A DNA stretch of 64,000 nucleotides from Elusimicrobiales bacterium (GTDB taxonomy: Bacteria > Elusimicrobiota > Elusimicrobia > Elusimicrobiales > UBA9959). Made by a program: the position numbers and the translations under genes. This document shows positions 1 to 10,693 of the stretch, piece by piece. The notes beneath the pieces were generated by a model, which saw only the letters and a program-made list of their open reading frames with translations, ran no database searches and was not told where the DNA came from. The stretch spans positions 1 to 64,000 of the forward strand of contig JBMFKQ010000004.1 in the NCBI GenBank assembly GCA_049972095.1, given 5' to 3'. Position 1 is the stretch's first letter. Every line of letters begins with the position of its first letter.

Positions 1-73
1 TATCAAAATCAAAGGACCAGGCACTATCCGTAATGAATAACATCAATGCTATAATACCTATCAAACGCATCAT
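1..73 (-). CDS. 5' end of a probable secreted protein, truncated by the window edge
   Basis: Read manually on the minus strand from ATG 73: MMRLIGIIALMLFITDSAWSFDFD..., a signal-peptide-like sequence with AGGT just upstream; open to the edge. Confidence 0.6.
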   Translation of the reverse strand, partial: MMRLIGIIALMLFITDSAWSFDFD

Positions 74-230
74 TACCTGCTTTAATCAAGAATCCTTTAT
101 ATTTTAAAAGAAAAGAAGACAAAAAGACAAGAATCTTTTTCCTATTGACATCAAGGAAAAAGAACACTTGTCTTGTTAATACTATGTAGTATCTCCCCTC
201 ATTCTGGAATTTTGAAGAAAAATGAAACAT
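24..230 (-). CDS. hypothetical small protein (doubtful)
   Basis: 68-aa ORF filling the gap after lnt; no motif or SD. Confidence 0.25.
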   Translation of the reverse strand: MFHFSSKFQNEGRYYIVLTRQVFFFLDVNRKKILVFLSSFLLKYKGFLIKAGNDAFDRYYSIDVIHYG

Positions 231-251
231 TAAATATAATGTTGTTTATAT

Positions 252-1769
252 TTATTTTTTCAGTGGGAGGGACAAAAGAAAAGCAAAGATTATTATAACT
301 GATAATATACACACCCAGTATCTTTCAAAAAATCCAGGCCGTTTAATATCCAAAACAGCTACTTCAGATGTTATCACGCCTATCCTGTTGAGTGATAGCT
401 GTTTTTTAACCACACCATTTGGATATATGAAGGCTGATATACCATTGTTTGCAGCTCTTATGAATATCCTTCTGTTTTCAACAGCTCTCATCACACTGGC
501 TGCAAAATGCTGATATGGTGCTGATGTATCAAGGTACCATCCATCATTTGTTATGTTGATTATAATGTCTATGTTGTGGTAAGGATAGTAAAGGTATTTG
601 AAGATTGTTTCATAACATATTGTTGATGCTATTGATATGTTTTTAAATGGGATTGGTTTTTGATCATCCTTACCTTTTTCAAACTCACCAAGTGTTGTTA
701 TGACAGATATGTATTTTGAAAGCAGCTTTCTTGCTGGTACATATTCACCAAATGGAACAAGAATTCTCTTGTGATATTCAGCTAAAAATCTGCACTGTGG
801 TGAGATGAGATAAAGCGATACATGTTTTGAGCCCTTTTTTGAAACAGAACCAACGATGTGGAATGTTTGTGATTCTTTTATGTTTCTGCATAGCCACTCA
901 TATACATCCGCATCATCTATCCATCCATAGAGTGCATTTTCTGGCCAAATTATTAAATCTGGTTTTTCGCTTGCAGCTTGCCTTACAAGATTTTCAAGCC
1001 TTGTTTTGATGCTCTCTTCATATCCCTTGTTCCATTTCATATACAGATCAACTGATGGCTGTATTATTGAGACCTTTGTTGACTGCCTTGCATTTATTAT
1101 ATCGTTTGATATTCTGTGTGATATCATATAGCCTGCCAAATGGGAGATGGTTATTATTAAAATCGCAAGGAAGAGTTTTTTAATTCTTGCTTTTTTTTCT
1201 TTTTCAATCAGTATGGTTGCAATAAGTACATTTACTAAAACAATCACAAATGTTAAAGCATAGGACTGGCCAACAGATGCCAGGGATATTAAAAATCTGT
1301 TTGTATATTGTGAATATGCAATTTCAAACCATGGGAAATAAGGTAAAACCCTTGTTATCTCTGTTTTTACCATATCCATAACAACCCACACAGAGCTGAA
1401 TATAAGACAGAATATGTTTGTGCCAAAGGTTTTTGCTTGATATGACAAAGATGTTATTATTATAAATTCAATTGAGAGAATCAAAGGTAAAAGTATTGTT
1501 GATAAAGCTGATATAAAAGGATTAACATCAGCTGCCCTCATTGTTGGATATATCCAGTATAGTATAAAAAGATAGACAAAAAAACCTGATGTTAATCCAT
1601 ATATAAAAATCTCTTTTTTTTCTTTAATTTCAAATATCCCTTTGATATATGGGATGAGTGATATAAAGGCAAGTGGGAAGATAGAGATCTTTGGGTATGA
1701 TAAAAATATAAGCAATGATGTAGCAAGAGGATACCACATTAGAGTAGTTAATTTTTTTTTCATTTTCAT
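252..1769 (-). CDS. lnt: apolipoprotein N-acyltransferase
   Basis: Multiple TM segments, nitrilase-fold motifs WPE, YHKRILVPFGEY, ICYE, TNDGWY, RAANNGIS; start placed at ATG 1769 (track gives 1784). Confidence 0.95.
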   Translation of the reverse strand: MKMKKKLTTLMWYPLATSLLIFLSYPKISIFPLAFISLIPYIKGIFEIKEKKEIFIYGLTSGFFVYLFILYWIYPTMRAADVNPFISALSTILLPLILSIEFIIITSLSYQAKTFGTNIFCLIFSSVWVVMDMVKTEITRVLPYFPWFEIAYSQYTNRFLISLASVGQSYALTFVIVLVNVLIATILIEKEKKARIKKLFLAILIITISHLAGYMISHRISNDIINARQSTKVSIIQPSVDLYMKWNKGYEESIKTRLENLVRQAASEKPDLIIWPENALYGWIDDADVYEWLCRNIKESQTFHIVGSVSKKGSKHVSLYLISPQCRFLAEYHKRILVPFGEYVPARKLLSKYISVITTLGEFEKGKDDQKPIPFKNISIASTICYETIFKYLYYPYHNIDIIINITNDGWYLDTSAPYQHFAASVMRAVENRRIFIRAANNGISAFIYPNGVVKKQLSLNRIGVITSEVAVLDIKRPGFFERYWVCILSVIIIFAFLLSLPLKK

Positions 1770-1873
1770 AAATAGATTATACATAAACTTTAAGCCCTCT
1801 TTAATCTCTGTAATTAAGGTATAATAGATTTATAGGGAGATTTGAATTGCCCGATTTATAAATAGAGGAATTT

Positions 1874-4492
1874 ATGATAAAAAAGCTTGTGGATGTGATT
1901 TTTGGAACAAAGAGTGAAAGGGATATAAAAAAAATAATGCCAATTGTCCATGAAATAAACATGCTTGAGGATGAGTATTCAAAATTAAGTGATAAAGATT
2001 TAAGGGCTAAAACTGATGAGTTTAAAAAAAGAATTAAGGATGGAGAAAGCCTGGATAGTATTTTACCTTGTGCTTTTGCCGTGGTAAGGGAGGCTGCAAA
2101 AAGAACAATAGGGCTTAGGCACTATGATGTCCAGCTTATAGGTGGTGTTGTCCTTCACCAAGGTAAGATTGCTGAGATGAAAACCGGTGAAGGGAAAACT
2201 CTTGTTGCAACGCTTGCGGCATATCTGAATGCCCTTACGGGCAAAGGGGTTCATATTGTTACAGTTAATGATTACCTTGCAAAAAGAGACAGATACTGGA
2301 TGGGTCCTGTTTATGAGTTTTTGGATTTGAGTGTTGGTTTTATACAACATGATATGGAAAACGACCAAAGAAGAAAGATGTATGCTTGTGATGTAACATA
2401 TGTTACAAACAATGAGATAGGTTTTGACTATCTTAGAGATAATATGGTTGTAGATAAAAAGGATAGGGTGCTGAGGGGTTTAAATTATGCAATAGTAGAT
2501 GAGGTTGATTCAATACTCATAGATGAGGCAAGAACCCCCCTCATAATATCAGGGCCTGCTGAACAGTCAACTGATAAGTATTATATAGTTGATCGAATAA
2601 TTCCATATCTTAAGATAAGGTTTATAACTGAGGAAGAGGAATTGATAGCAAAGAAGCAGGGAATAGATCTTGGTAAAGGATATGATGCTATTGTCGATGA
2701 AAAAAATCACTCTGTTGTGTTAACTGATGAAGGAGTTTTGAAGGCAGAAAGGTTATTGAAGGTGGATAACCTATATAATGATATAAATGCTGAGTGGGCA
2801 CATCATATAACTCAGGCAATAAGAGCACATTATCTTTTCAAAAAAGATGTTCATTATGTTGTAAAGGATGGTGAGATAATTATAGTTGATGAGTTTACAG
2901 GAAGGTTAATGCCTGGAAGAAGATGGTCAGATGGACTTCATCAAGCAATAGAAGCAAAAGAACATCTCAGGATAAAGGAAGAAAATCAAACACTTGCAAC
3001 AATAACATTTCAGAATTTTTTTAGAATGTATTCAAAGCTTAGTGGCATGACCGGAACTGCTATGACTGAGGCAGAGGAGTTTTGGGAGATATACAAGCTT
3101 GATGTTGTTGAGATACCGCCTAATAAAAAATGTATAAGACATGACTATCCTGATAGGGTTTATAAAACTGAGAGGGAGAAGTTTAATGCAATAGTTAATG
3201 AAATATACGAGAGATGGCGAAAAGGTCAACCCCTTCTTGTTGGAACAAGATCCATAGAAAAATCAGAGATGCTTTCTCAGATGCTCAAGAAAAAAGGAAT
3301 ACCACACCAGGTTCTAAATGCGAAGTATCATGAGATGGAGGCACAGATCATAGCTCAGGCAGGGAAAAAAGGGACGGTGACTATAGCAACAAATATGGCA
3401 GGTAGAGGTACTGATATAATACTTGGTGGCAATCCTCCTGATCCTGATGATCAAAAGTATGTTCTTTCGGTTGGTGGGCTTCATGTTATAGGAACCGAAA
3501 GGCATGAATCAAGAAGAATTGATAATCAGCTGAGAGGGAGATGTGCAAGACAGGGGGATCCTGGAAGTTCTGTTTTTTATGTCTCGCTTGAGGATGAGTT
3601 GATGAGGCTCTTTGGTTCTGATAAAATTGTGCCCTTGATGGAGAAGCTTGGAATGAAAGAAGGAGAGGTTATAGAGTCAAGGCTTATAACAAAACAGATT
3701 GAGAATGCTCAAAAAAGGGTAGAGGCAAATCACTTCACTGCTAGAAAACAGCTTCTTGATTATGACAATGTAATGAACAAGCAAAGACAGGCTATCTACG
3801 AATTAAGGAATGTTATACTTGATAGTGATAATGTATCGGATAGAGTTTTAAGAATGATAGAAGAGTTTGTTGAATGTATGGTGAGCAATTATATAGATAA
3901 AGAGAAACATTATGAGATGTGGAATACTCAGGGGCTTTTAATTCATACAAAAAGAGTCTTTGGTTTTGTTGTTGATGTTGGCTCTAAGGATTATGATGGG
4001 ATAATAGATGAGATAAAAGGAAGGGCTTTTGAGCTTTATAGAAAAAGAGAAGAGGATTTTACATCAAGAGGAGTAGATTTTCATGAGCTTGAAAAGGTTC
4101 TTTTACTTCAGATAATAGATCACAACTGGAAGAATCATCTTTATGAGCTTGATCACTTACAAAAAGGGGTGATGTTGAGAGCATATGGGCAAAAGGATCC
4201 TCTTATAGAATATCAGAAAGAGTCTTATTCTCTTTTTGAAAGGATGCTTGATAGGATAAGAGATAATATGGTTGAGTATCTTTTCAGAATACAGCTTCCA
4301 CCTCTTAGATTTTCGCACCAAAGAGCTACTGAAGGAAAAAACACTATGACTAATAAAGAAAAAAAACCTGGCATATCCCAGCAATCAGCTGTTAATGATG
4401 AAAAAAAGCCTGTTTTTAAGAAGGTTGGAAGAAATGATCCATGTCCATGTGGAAGTGGTAAGAAATATAAAAAGTGCTGTGGTAAAGAATAG
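1874..4492 (+). CDS. secA: preprotein translocase ATPase SecA
   Basis: [40 protein letters not shown]-terminal [18 protein letters not shown]. Confidence 0.99.
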   Translation: MIKKLVDVIFGTKSERDIKKIMPIVHEINMLEDEYSKLSDKDLRAKTDEFKKRIKDGESLDSILPCAFAVVREAAKRTIGLRHYDVQLIGGVVLHQGKIAEMKTGEGKTLVATLAAYLNALTGKGVHIVTVNDYLAKRDRYWMGPVYEFLDLSVGFIQHDMENDQRRKMYACDVTYVTNNEIGFDYLRDNMVVDKKDRVLRGLNYAIVDEVDSILIDEARTPLIISGPAEQSTDKYYIVDRIIPYLKIRFITEEEELIAKKQGIDLGKGYDAIVDEKNHSVVLTDEGVLKAERLLKVDNLYNDINAEWAHHITQAIRAHYLFKKDVHYVVKDGEIIIVDEFTGRLMPGRRWSDGLHQAIEAKEHLRIKEENQTLATITFQNFFRMYSKLSGMTGTAMTEAEEFWEIYKLDVVEIPPNKKCIRHDYPDRVYKTEREKFNAIVNEIYERWRKGQPLLVGTRSIEKSEMLSQMLKKKGIPHQVLNAKYHEMEAQIIAQAGKKGTVTIATNMAGRGTDIILGGNPPDPDDQKYVLSVGGLHVIGTERHESRRIDNQLRGRCARQGDPGSSVFYVSLEDELMRLFGSDKIVPLMEKLGMKEGEVIESRLITKQIENAQKRVEANHFTARKQLLDYDNVMNKQRQAIYELRNVILDSDNVSDRVLRMIEEFVECMVSNYIDKEKHYEMWNTQGLLIHTKRVFGFVVDVGSKDYDGIIDEIKGRAFELYRKREEDFTSRGVDFHELEKVLLLQIIDHNWKNHLYELDHLQKGVMLRAYGQKDPLIEYQKESYSLFERMLDRIRDNMVEYLFRIQLPPLRFSHQRATEGKNTMTNKEKKPGISQQSAVNDEKKPVFKKVGRNDPCPCGSGKKYKKCCGKE

Positions 4493-4502
4493 GGATATTT
4501 TG

Positions 4503-4542
4503 AGAGTTAATATTTATGTAATAAAAAGTTAACTCTTTTTTT
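4503..4542 (+). terminator. possible intrinsic terminator after secA
   Basis: AGAGTTAA...TTAACTCT inverted repeat followed by a T run; AT-rich and weak. Confidence 0.4.
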
Positions 4543-4598
4543 CTAAAATTCAATTGTAAGTCTCGTAGTTTTGAGTGAGTTTTATTTAAAAGAAAAGT

Positions 4599-5705
4599 AT
4601 GAGGATATCCACCAAATTCATAGTAATGTTTAGTGTTGTGGGGATATATATAATGGGTCTTGGTGCAATATTCTACTACAATCTTTTCAAATGGACTTTT
4701 GATGAGAAGCTGAAGGCTGATATTATAGACACCATAAAGGTTTATGCGCCTGCACTGAGGGAGGGGCTTTTAAAAAACAGAAAGAGCATAACATTTGAAG
4801 AGTTCAAGCTGATGAATGAAAACATTTCAAAAGATGAGAGGATCACATCTGTTGTTTATATTAACAGTGCTGGAATAATTAGATGGCATAGAGAGCCGAG
4901 ATTTATAGGTATAAGCTGGGATGAGTATGTCTCTCAAATGCCTGTAATGACAGATGCAATAGTGCAGGCAAAGGAGTCAAAATCTCCAAAGGTAAGAGCT
5001 GTTCCAAAACAGCCATATTATGAAATAGCTATACCACTTACTGTTAACAATGAGATTGTTGGAATGCTTCTTCTTCTTGTCTCAAGAGCAACATCCCAGC
5101 AACTTATATCATCAGCAATGACTAAATATGCTATTGGCGCTGTGGTTGTGCTTATACTTCTTGGGGTTCCTGTGTTAGTATTTATGTCCCACTATATATT
5201 TACGCCGCTTGAGATGCTTGCAGAGGCTATTGATGTTGCTTCGTTTAAAACATTTGAGCTTAAATTTGATATAAAAAACAATGAGATAGGACTTGTAGCG
5301 GAGAGTGTAAATAACCTTCTTAAAAAATTTAAAAAGGAGATTGAAGAGTATTCAAAAAAGGATAAATATTTTCGTGAGATAGAGGAGAAGTGGTGGAAAA
5401 CAATATTAAAGACACTATCGCATCCAAACGAGTATATTATAGTTGTTGATGAGAATAATAATGTAGTATATGCCAATTTTGAGATATCAAATGTCTCATC
5501 AAATCCTCATTTGCTTGATGTAGTAGATAGTCAACAGCAAACACTTTTAAGACTTGTTGGCTGTGCATTTGACAATCCTGGTGAGGTTATTGAAGGAGAG
5601 ACGGTTTTTAAGGGGCAGAATCTTGCAGTCAAGGTTATTCACGTAGGTGACACCCCTGAGCTTAACAGAACCCTCATACTTTTTTATCCAAAAAAAGTTT
5701 ACTAA
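4599..5705 (+). CDS. membrane sensor-like protein (TM, Cache-like, TM, HAMP, PAS-like) with no output domain
   Basis: Two TM helices flanking about 140 aa, HAMP-like PLEML...NEIGLVAESVNNLL, PAS-like IIVVDENNNVVYAN; no H-box or ATPase motifs. Confidence 0.7.
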   Translation: MRISTKFIVMFSVVGIYIMGLGAIFYYNLFKWTFDEKLKADIIDTIKVYAPALREGLLKNRKSITFEEFKLMNENISKDERITSVVYINSAGIIRWHREPRFIGISWDEYVSQMPVMTDAIVQAKESKSPKVRAVPKQPYYEIAIPLTVNNEIVGMLLLLVSRATSQQLISSAMTKYAIGAVVVLILLGVPVLVFMSHYIFTPLEMLAEAIDVASFKTFELKFDIKNNEIGLVAESVNNLLKKFKKEIEEYSKKDKYFREIEEKWWKTILKTLSHPNEYIIVVDENNNVVYANFEISNVSSNPHLLDVVDSQQQTLLRLVGCAFDNPGEVIEGETVFKGQNLAVKVIHVGDTPELNRTLILFYPKKVY

Positions 5706-5742
5706 AATATAATTGTTTTAATAGTAGTTTTTTGAGGAAGAG

Positions 5743-6282
5743 GTGTTTAAGAATTTTTTTGAACTTGTTAAATCAAGAAAAAGTATAAGGAGATTTAAAA
5801 ATACCACAATCTGTAATGAAACACTAAAATATATACTTGAATGTGCAATAAACTCCCCATCGGCATGCAATGTTCAACCATACAGATTTGTTGTTATAAA
5901 AGGAAGAGCAAAGGAGGAATTCTGTAATGAGGTTTTTAGTGGAATTTATTCTCTTTCTTCTTTTGTGAAAAAAGCCCCTGTTATAATAGCCATTGTCAGG
6001 AGTAAGAAGAGCATAAAAATGAGTATTGGTGAAGGTATAGTTGATTGTGATTTTTCCCTTATAGACATAGGTATATGCGGGCAACATATTGTGCTTGCTG
6101 CAACTGAAAAGGGGCTTGGAAGTCTATGGGTTGGATGGTTTAATAGGAAAGCAGCAGATAGGTTTATTGGGGTTTCTAAAAACGAAAGGGTTGAGATACT
6201 GATTGCTTTAGGAGAAAAGGATGAAGAGCCTTGTGAAAGGAAAAAGAAGAATTTTAATGAGCTTGTCAGTTTTATTGATTAG
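5743..6282 (+). CDS. nitroreductase family protein
   Basis: SRKSIRRF, SPSACNVQPY, LAATEKGLGSLWVG. Confidence 0.92.
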   Translation: MFKNFFELVKSRKSIRRFKNTTICNETLKYILECAINSPSACNVQPYRFVVIKGRAKEEFCNEVFSGIYSLSSFVKKAPVIIAIVRSKKSIKMSIGEGIVDCDFSLIDIGICGQHIVLAATEKGLGSLWVGWFNRKAADRFIGVSKNERVEILIALGEKDEEPCERKKKNFNELVSFID

Positions 6283-6412
6283 CTTTAAGGCTTTTGCTCA
6301 AAACGATAAGAGGGTTGTTTTTGAAAACCCGGGTGTTTTTGTTATTTTTATTGTGGTTGTTTTCCTTATTTACATATATCTTGGTGGGAGAAAGAAAAGA
6401 AGAAAGGGATGA
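6221..6412 (+). CDS. small membrane protein
   Basis: Signal-like segment ending AFA, one TM helix and basic tail RKKRRK; stop overlaps pyrC start; true start uncertain (6221/6233/6257). Confidence 0.55.
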   Translation: MKSLVKGKRRILMSLSVLLISFKAFAQNDKRVVFENPGVFVIFIVVVFLIYIYLGGRKKRRKG

Positions 6413-7677
6413 TGCTTCTCAAGAATGGTTTTGTTGTTGATACTCTTACAGGCTCTATAGAAAAAAAGGATATACTTATCAAAGGTAGAATAATAAAAAG
6501 TATTGGGAAGGTATCTGTATCTAGGTCAAAAATAAAGAAGGTTTTTGATCTCAAAGGAAGGTTCGTTATACCAGCTCTTGTTGATATTCATGTTCATTCA
6601 AGAGTGCCTGGTAAGGAGTATGCTGAGGATTTTTCAACCATTTCAAAACAGGCTTTACGGGGAGGGATTGGAAGGATTGTGACTATGGCAAACACCATTC
6701 CTGTTGCTGATGATGAGCAAACATTGAGGTATATAAAAAAAAGGGCAGCAAAAGAATCGCTCATAACAGTGTTTCAAACATCAGCAATAACTGAAAATCA
6801 AGAAGGGAAGAAGATTGTTGATATAGAGAGAAATTCAAGGTATGCCTTGGGTTTTAGCGATGATGGTAGGTGGGTTTTTAAAAGCGAGCTTATGATTGAG
6901 GCTATGAAAAGAGCATGGAGATGCGGCAAAAAGGTTTTTTCTCATCCACAGATACCATTTGAGGCGGTTTTAAATAGAAAAATGTTTTTGCGTAGATATA
7001 AGGGGATACCATCCTTTACAGAATATCTTGCGGTTTTTAGGGATTGCATGATTGCTATTGTTGAGAATATACCACTCCACCTTCAACATATAAGCACAAA
7101 GCAGGCATGTCAGATAATCAGAGAGGCTAAAAAAATAAATCCTTTGATAACAGCAGAGACATGTCCTCATTATATGTGGTTTAGTGAGGATGATGTTAAG
7201 GATGCAAATTTTAAGATGAATCCTCCTTTAAGAAAGCGCAAGGATGTTGATGAGGTTATAAGAGGCGTTGTGGATGGAACTATTGAGGTCATAGCGAGCG
7301 ATCATGCCCCGCACACTGAGATTGAGAAATCCCTTGGATTTGAAAAATCACCTTTTGGAGTAATTGGCCTTGAAACACTACTTCCTGCCTCTGTTGACAA
7401 ATTGCATATCGAAAAGAAGATGCCTCTTGTTGAGGTTATCAAAAGGCTTACGATTAATCCTTCATCTGTTGTAGGGATTAATGCTGGTTTTTTAAGAGAA
7501 GGTTCATCTGCTGATATATGTGTTTTTTCTTTTTCAAGCTGGCTTTATGATAGTTCATTTTCAAAATCAAAAAACTCACCGTTTCTTGGAATGAGATTTA
7601 AATCAAAGGTTGATATGACATTTGTTGCAGGAAGGCTTCTTTATGAGAATGGTAGATTGGCTTTACAGAGCATTTAG
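6409..7677 (+). CDS. pyrC: dihydroorotase (amidohydrolase family)
   Basis: DIHVHSR, HLQHIS, ETCPHY, KMNPPLR, ASDHAPH, SKSKNSPF. Confidence 0.93.
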   Translation: MMLLKNGFVVDTLTGSIEKKDILIKGRIIKSIGKVSVSRSKIKKVFDLKGRFVIPALVDIHVHSRVPGKEYAEDFSTISKQALRGGIGRIVTMANTIPVADDEQTLRYIKKRAAKESLITVFQTSAITENQEGKKIVDIERNSRYALGFSDDGRWVFKSELMIEAMKRAWRCGKKVFSHPQIPFEAVLNRKMFLRRYKGIPSFTEYLAVFRDCMIAIVENIPLHLQHISTKQACQIIREAKKINPLITAETCPHYMWFSEDDVKDANFKMNPPLRKRKDVDEVIRGVVDGTIEVIASDHAPHTEIEKSLGFEKSPFGVIGLETLLPASVDKLHIEKKMPLVEVIKRLTINPSSVVGINAGFLREGSSADICVFSFSSWLYDSSFSKSKNSPFLGMRFKSKVDMTFVAGRLLYENGRLALQSI

Positions 7678-8650
7678 CGGAATTCTTTTTATGATAAAGC
7701 CTGAAGAAATGCATAATACTGCGCTTTTGGGCTTTAAGATTGCAGGGGAGATTGAGGGTGTTAGAAGAATTGTTAAAGGTATTTTTGGATTTGAACAGCC
7801 TTTTGAATATATGGGCCTTAATTTTAAAAATCCTATTGGACTTGCAGCAGGTTTTGATAAAAATGCTGAGGTCTTTGATGTTGTGGAGGCTCTTGGCTTT
7901 GGTTTTTGTGAAGTTGGGAGTGTTAGCCTTAAGCCTCAAAAAGGAAATCCAAAACCAAGAATATTTAGGATTGTTGATGAAGAAGCTCTCATCAATCATA
8001 TAGGTCTTGAAAACAATGGATCTTATGCTGTTGCAAAGAATATTGAAAGAAAAAGGAAAAGGATTACTTTTCCTCTTGGTATAAATATAGTTAAAAACAA
8101 TGATGTTGATCTTAAAGATGCAGCTAACAATATATTTGAGTGCTTTAGAATAATGAAGGACCTGGGTGATTTTTTTGTTTTCAATATAAGCTGTCCTAAT
8201 GTAGAGTTTTTTCATAGGAATATTTATGATTATATATCGGAGATCGGTGAAGAAATAAACAGGATCTGTGTTAAAAAACCAAAGTTTATAAAACTTTCCC
8301 CTGATCTTGACAACAGAGATCTTGAGCTTGCAGTTAAGGCATGCAAGGAGTGTGGTTTTGGCATTGTTGCTGGCAATACAAGTAGAAGAAGGGATATACT
8401 TAAAAACAGATGTTTTGATTTGATTGACGGAGGGGTTAGTGGTAAGCCTTTAAATAAGCCTTCATCTGATATGCTTGAGAAGATAAGGAAAATAGATAAT
8501 AAAGTGGATGTGATTTCATGTGGTGGAATATTTGAGAAGAAGGATATTGAGTTAAGAAGAACTTTTGGTGTAAGACTTTTTGAGATATACACATCTTTCA
8601 TATATTATGGTCCAGGTATTATTAGAAGGCTTCTTTGTGATGTAAGATAA
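7643..8650 (+). CDS. pyrD: dihydroorotate dehydrogenase, class 2 (quinone) type
   Basis: NPIGLAAGFDKN, PQKGNPKPRIFR, NISCPN, KLSPD, GGVSGKPL; start 7643 or 7649. Confidence 0.93.
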   Translation: MRMVDWLYRAFSGILFMIKPEEMHNTALLGFKIAGEIEGVRRIVKGIFGFEQPFEYMGLNFKNPIGLAAGFDKNAEVFDVVEALGFGFCEVGSVSLKPQKGNPKPRIFRIVDEEALINHIGLENNGSYAVAKNIERKRKRITFPLGINIVKNNDVDLKDAANNIFECFRIMKDLGDFFVFNISCPNVEFFHRNIYDYISEIGEEINRICVKKPKFIKLSPDLDNRDLELAVKACKECGFGIVAGNTSRRRDILKNRCFDLIDGGVSGKPLNKPSSDMLEKIRKIDNKVDVISCGGIFEKKDIELRRTFGVRLFEIYTSFIYYGPGIIRRLLCDVR

Positions 8651-8668
8651 AGTGTTTTCGGAGGTCTT

Positions 8669-8893
8669 ATGGAAAAAAGTATAGGAAGGATTATAAGTGA
8701 GCTTGCATGGACAAATATAGAGCTGTGGCATGAGGAGGATAAGGCAAGATCTGAGGATGATAAAGAGGTTGCTATGGCTAAAAGGAATATAGATAGGCTT
8801 AATCAGAAAAGAAATGATCTGATAGAGCTCATTGATGAGATTGTTATAGAGAGTTTATCAGCAAAGAAAAGAAAGAAAAGATTTGATTCTTGA
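8669..8893 (+). CDS. DUF4254-like protein, N-terminal half
   Basis: WHEEDKAR...[26 protein letters not shown]. Confidence 0.8.
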   Translation: MEKSIGRIISELAWTNIELWHEEDKARSEDDKEVAMAKRNIDRLNQKRNDLIELIDEIVIESLSAKKRKKRFDS

Positions 8894-8897
8894 TAAA

Positions 8898-9167
8898 ATG
8901 GCTGAGACTGTTGGAAGTTTAGTTGATAAGATAACGATAATAAATCTCAAGATATATCATATGATGGAACAGCTTAAGAGAAGTGATGTTGATGACAGCT
9001 TCAAAATATCTGTTGTCAATAAGATAAAGATTTTAAAGATTCAAAGAAAGGATCTTGAAAAAGAACTAAATCAGCTTTTTGATGATGTGGTAGAAGGGAG
9101 GAAAAGGCTTAAGGTATATAGACAGTTCAAGATGTATAATGATCCAAGATACAGGATGAAGAAGTGA
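8898..9167 (+). CDS. DUF4254-like protein, C-terminal half
   Basis: ETVGSLVDKITIINLKIYHM...KVYRQFKMYNDP; ATG at 8898 (track starts at TTG 8883). Confidence 0.8.
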   Translation: MAETVGSLVDKITIINLKIYHMMEQLKRSDVDDSFKISVVNKIKILKIQRKDLEKELNQLFDDVVEGRKRLKVYRQFKMYNDPRYRMKK

Positions 9168-10111
9168 ATTTTCTCATAATAGTTTATAAAGGGATAGGTG
9201 ATGTTATACTAACAACCCCTCTGGTCAAAGCCATCAAAAAAAATTTTCCGAGCTCAAAGGTTTTTTTTCTTACAAAGAAATACTCCTCAAGCATACTCAA
9301 AAACAATCCTTATGTAGATGAGATTATTGTTAGGGAGGAGATGAGGCTGATTGATCTTATGTCAAAAGGGATTGATGTTTCAATAGACACTATGCTCTCA
9401 TCCTCATCTGCATTCTTTTCTCTTTTAAGTGGGGCAAAGAAGAGAGTAGCCTTTTTTAGAAATTGGGGCTTTCTTGTCTATAACTGTATGATAAAAAGTC
9501 AGTGGCACGGATATAATGTTATAAAAAGACTTGAGTATCTCAAAGTTTTTGGGATTGATTGGAGAAACATAAAGGATATAAAGCCAGAGATCTATCCTGC
9601 CCCTTGTGATTTTGAGAATGTAAAAAAAACCCTTGAAAGGTATCTTATATATCCTGGTAGAGATAAGATAGTTAGCTTTGATATTACAAGCCCCCGCAAG
9701 GAAAGACAACTGCCAGCTGATATTTTTATCTACTGTGCTGATAGGCTTGTTGAAATGGGTTTTAAATCCCTTTTTATGCCTGCAGCTTGGGATTATGAAT
9801 ATGTTATCTCCTCAATTAAAAGATATTCATCTCATCCTGATAGATATGTTGTTATAAAGGATTTCTCCATTCTTGAGCTTTCAGCTGCAATATCGTTTGC
9901 AGATATTCATATAGGCACATCATCCGCACCTATGCATATTGCAGTAGCTTTTGATGTGCCAACCTTTACTCTATATACACCACAGGTTAATCCAATTTCC
10001 TGGAGTCCCCCCTTTCCTCATCACAGATGGATACAGTCAGAGATATCTAAGATAGATAAGTTTGATGTGTGGAAGGCTATTGAGAGGCAGATTGATACTT
10101 TAAATTTGTAG
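9164..10111 (+). CDS. glycosyltransferase family 9 (heptosyltransferase-like)
   Basis: GIGDVILTTP, NNPYVDEII, SAPMHIAVAFDVPT. Confidence 0.92.
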   Translation: MNFLIIVYKGIGDVILTTPLVKAIKKNFPSSKVFFLTKKYSSSILKNNPYVDEIIVREEMRLIDLMSKGIDVSIDTMLSSSSAFFSLLSGAKKRVAFFRNWGFLVYNCMIKSQWHGYNVIKRLEYLKVFGIDWRNIKDIKPEIYPAPCDFENVKKTLERYLIYPGRDKIVSFDITSPRKERQLPADIFIYCADRLVEMGFKSLFMPAAWDYEYVISSIKRYSSHPDRYVVIKDFSILELSAAISFADIHIGTSSAPMHIAVAFDVPTFTLYTPQVNPISWSPPFPHHRWIQSEISKIDKFDVWKAIERQIDTLNL

Positions 10112-10166
10112 TATAATTAAATTATAAGGTTTGAAACTTTTAAAGAGTTAGGTATAAGGAGGAAGA

Positions 10167-10682
10167 ATGAATATTCATATAGTTGGAAGGAAGATAAAAC
10201 TTACTGCTGCCATAAAAGATTTTATAGAGAGTAAGGTTAACAATGTTCTTGGATATATGGATAATATAGTTTGGGTTCAGGTTACAGTTGGAGTTGATAA
10301 GAAACAGCATTATGCTGAGATAGTGGCTCATGTTGGCCATCAGACTATAAAGGCAGTAGGGATATCCGATGATCTTTATTCCGCAGTTGATAATGTCCTT
10401 GATAAGATAGAAAAACAGGCAAAAAGGTACAAGGAAAAGATTATTGATTCAAGAAAGGAGGTTGGTAGTTGTAATTATACTACTGGTGTGGTTGGGGATA
10501 TAAGGTTTTCTGTTATAAAAACCGTTCCTATAAAACCAATGACAAGGGAAGAGGCTGTTATTGAGATGGAAAGACTTGGCTATAACTTCTGGCTTTTCTA
10601 TGATAAAAATACTAATCAGCCTCAGGTTGTTTTCAGAAGACTTGATAATACATATGGAATACTTCAGCCTGTTAAAAAATGA
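10167..10682 (+). CDS. hpf: ribosome hibernation promoting factor, long form
   Basis: DLYSAVDNVLDKIEKQAKRYK and C-terminal KPMTREEAVIEME...VVFRR domain. Confidence 0.93.
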   Translation: MNIHIVGRKIKLTAAIKDFIESKVNNVLGYMDNIVWVQVTVGVDKKQHYAEIVAHVGHQTIKAVGISDDLYSAVDNVLDKIEKQAKRYKEKIIDSRKEVGSCNYTTGVVGDIRFSVIKTVPIKPMTREEAVIEMERLGYNFWLFYDKNTNQPQVVFRRLDNTYGILQPVKK

Positions 10683-10693
10683 TGTGTTTTTAA

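Noticed and set aside
7598..8215. 205-aa minus-strand ORF and the many other short overlapping ORFs in the track
   Set aside because: Antisense or off-frame shadows of well-supported genes, with no motifs
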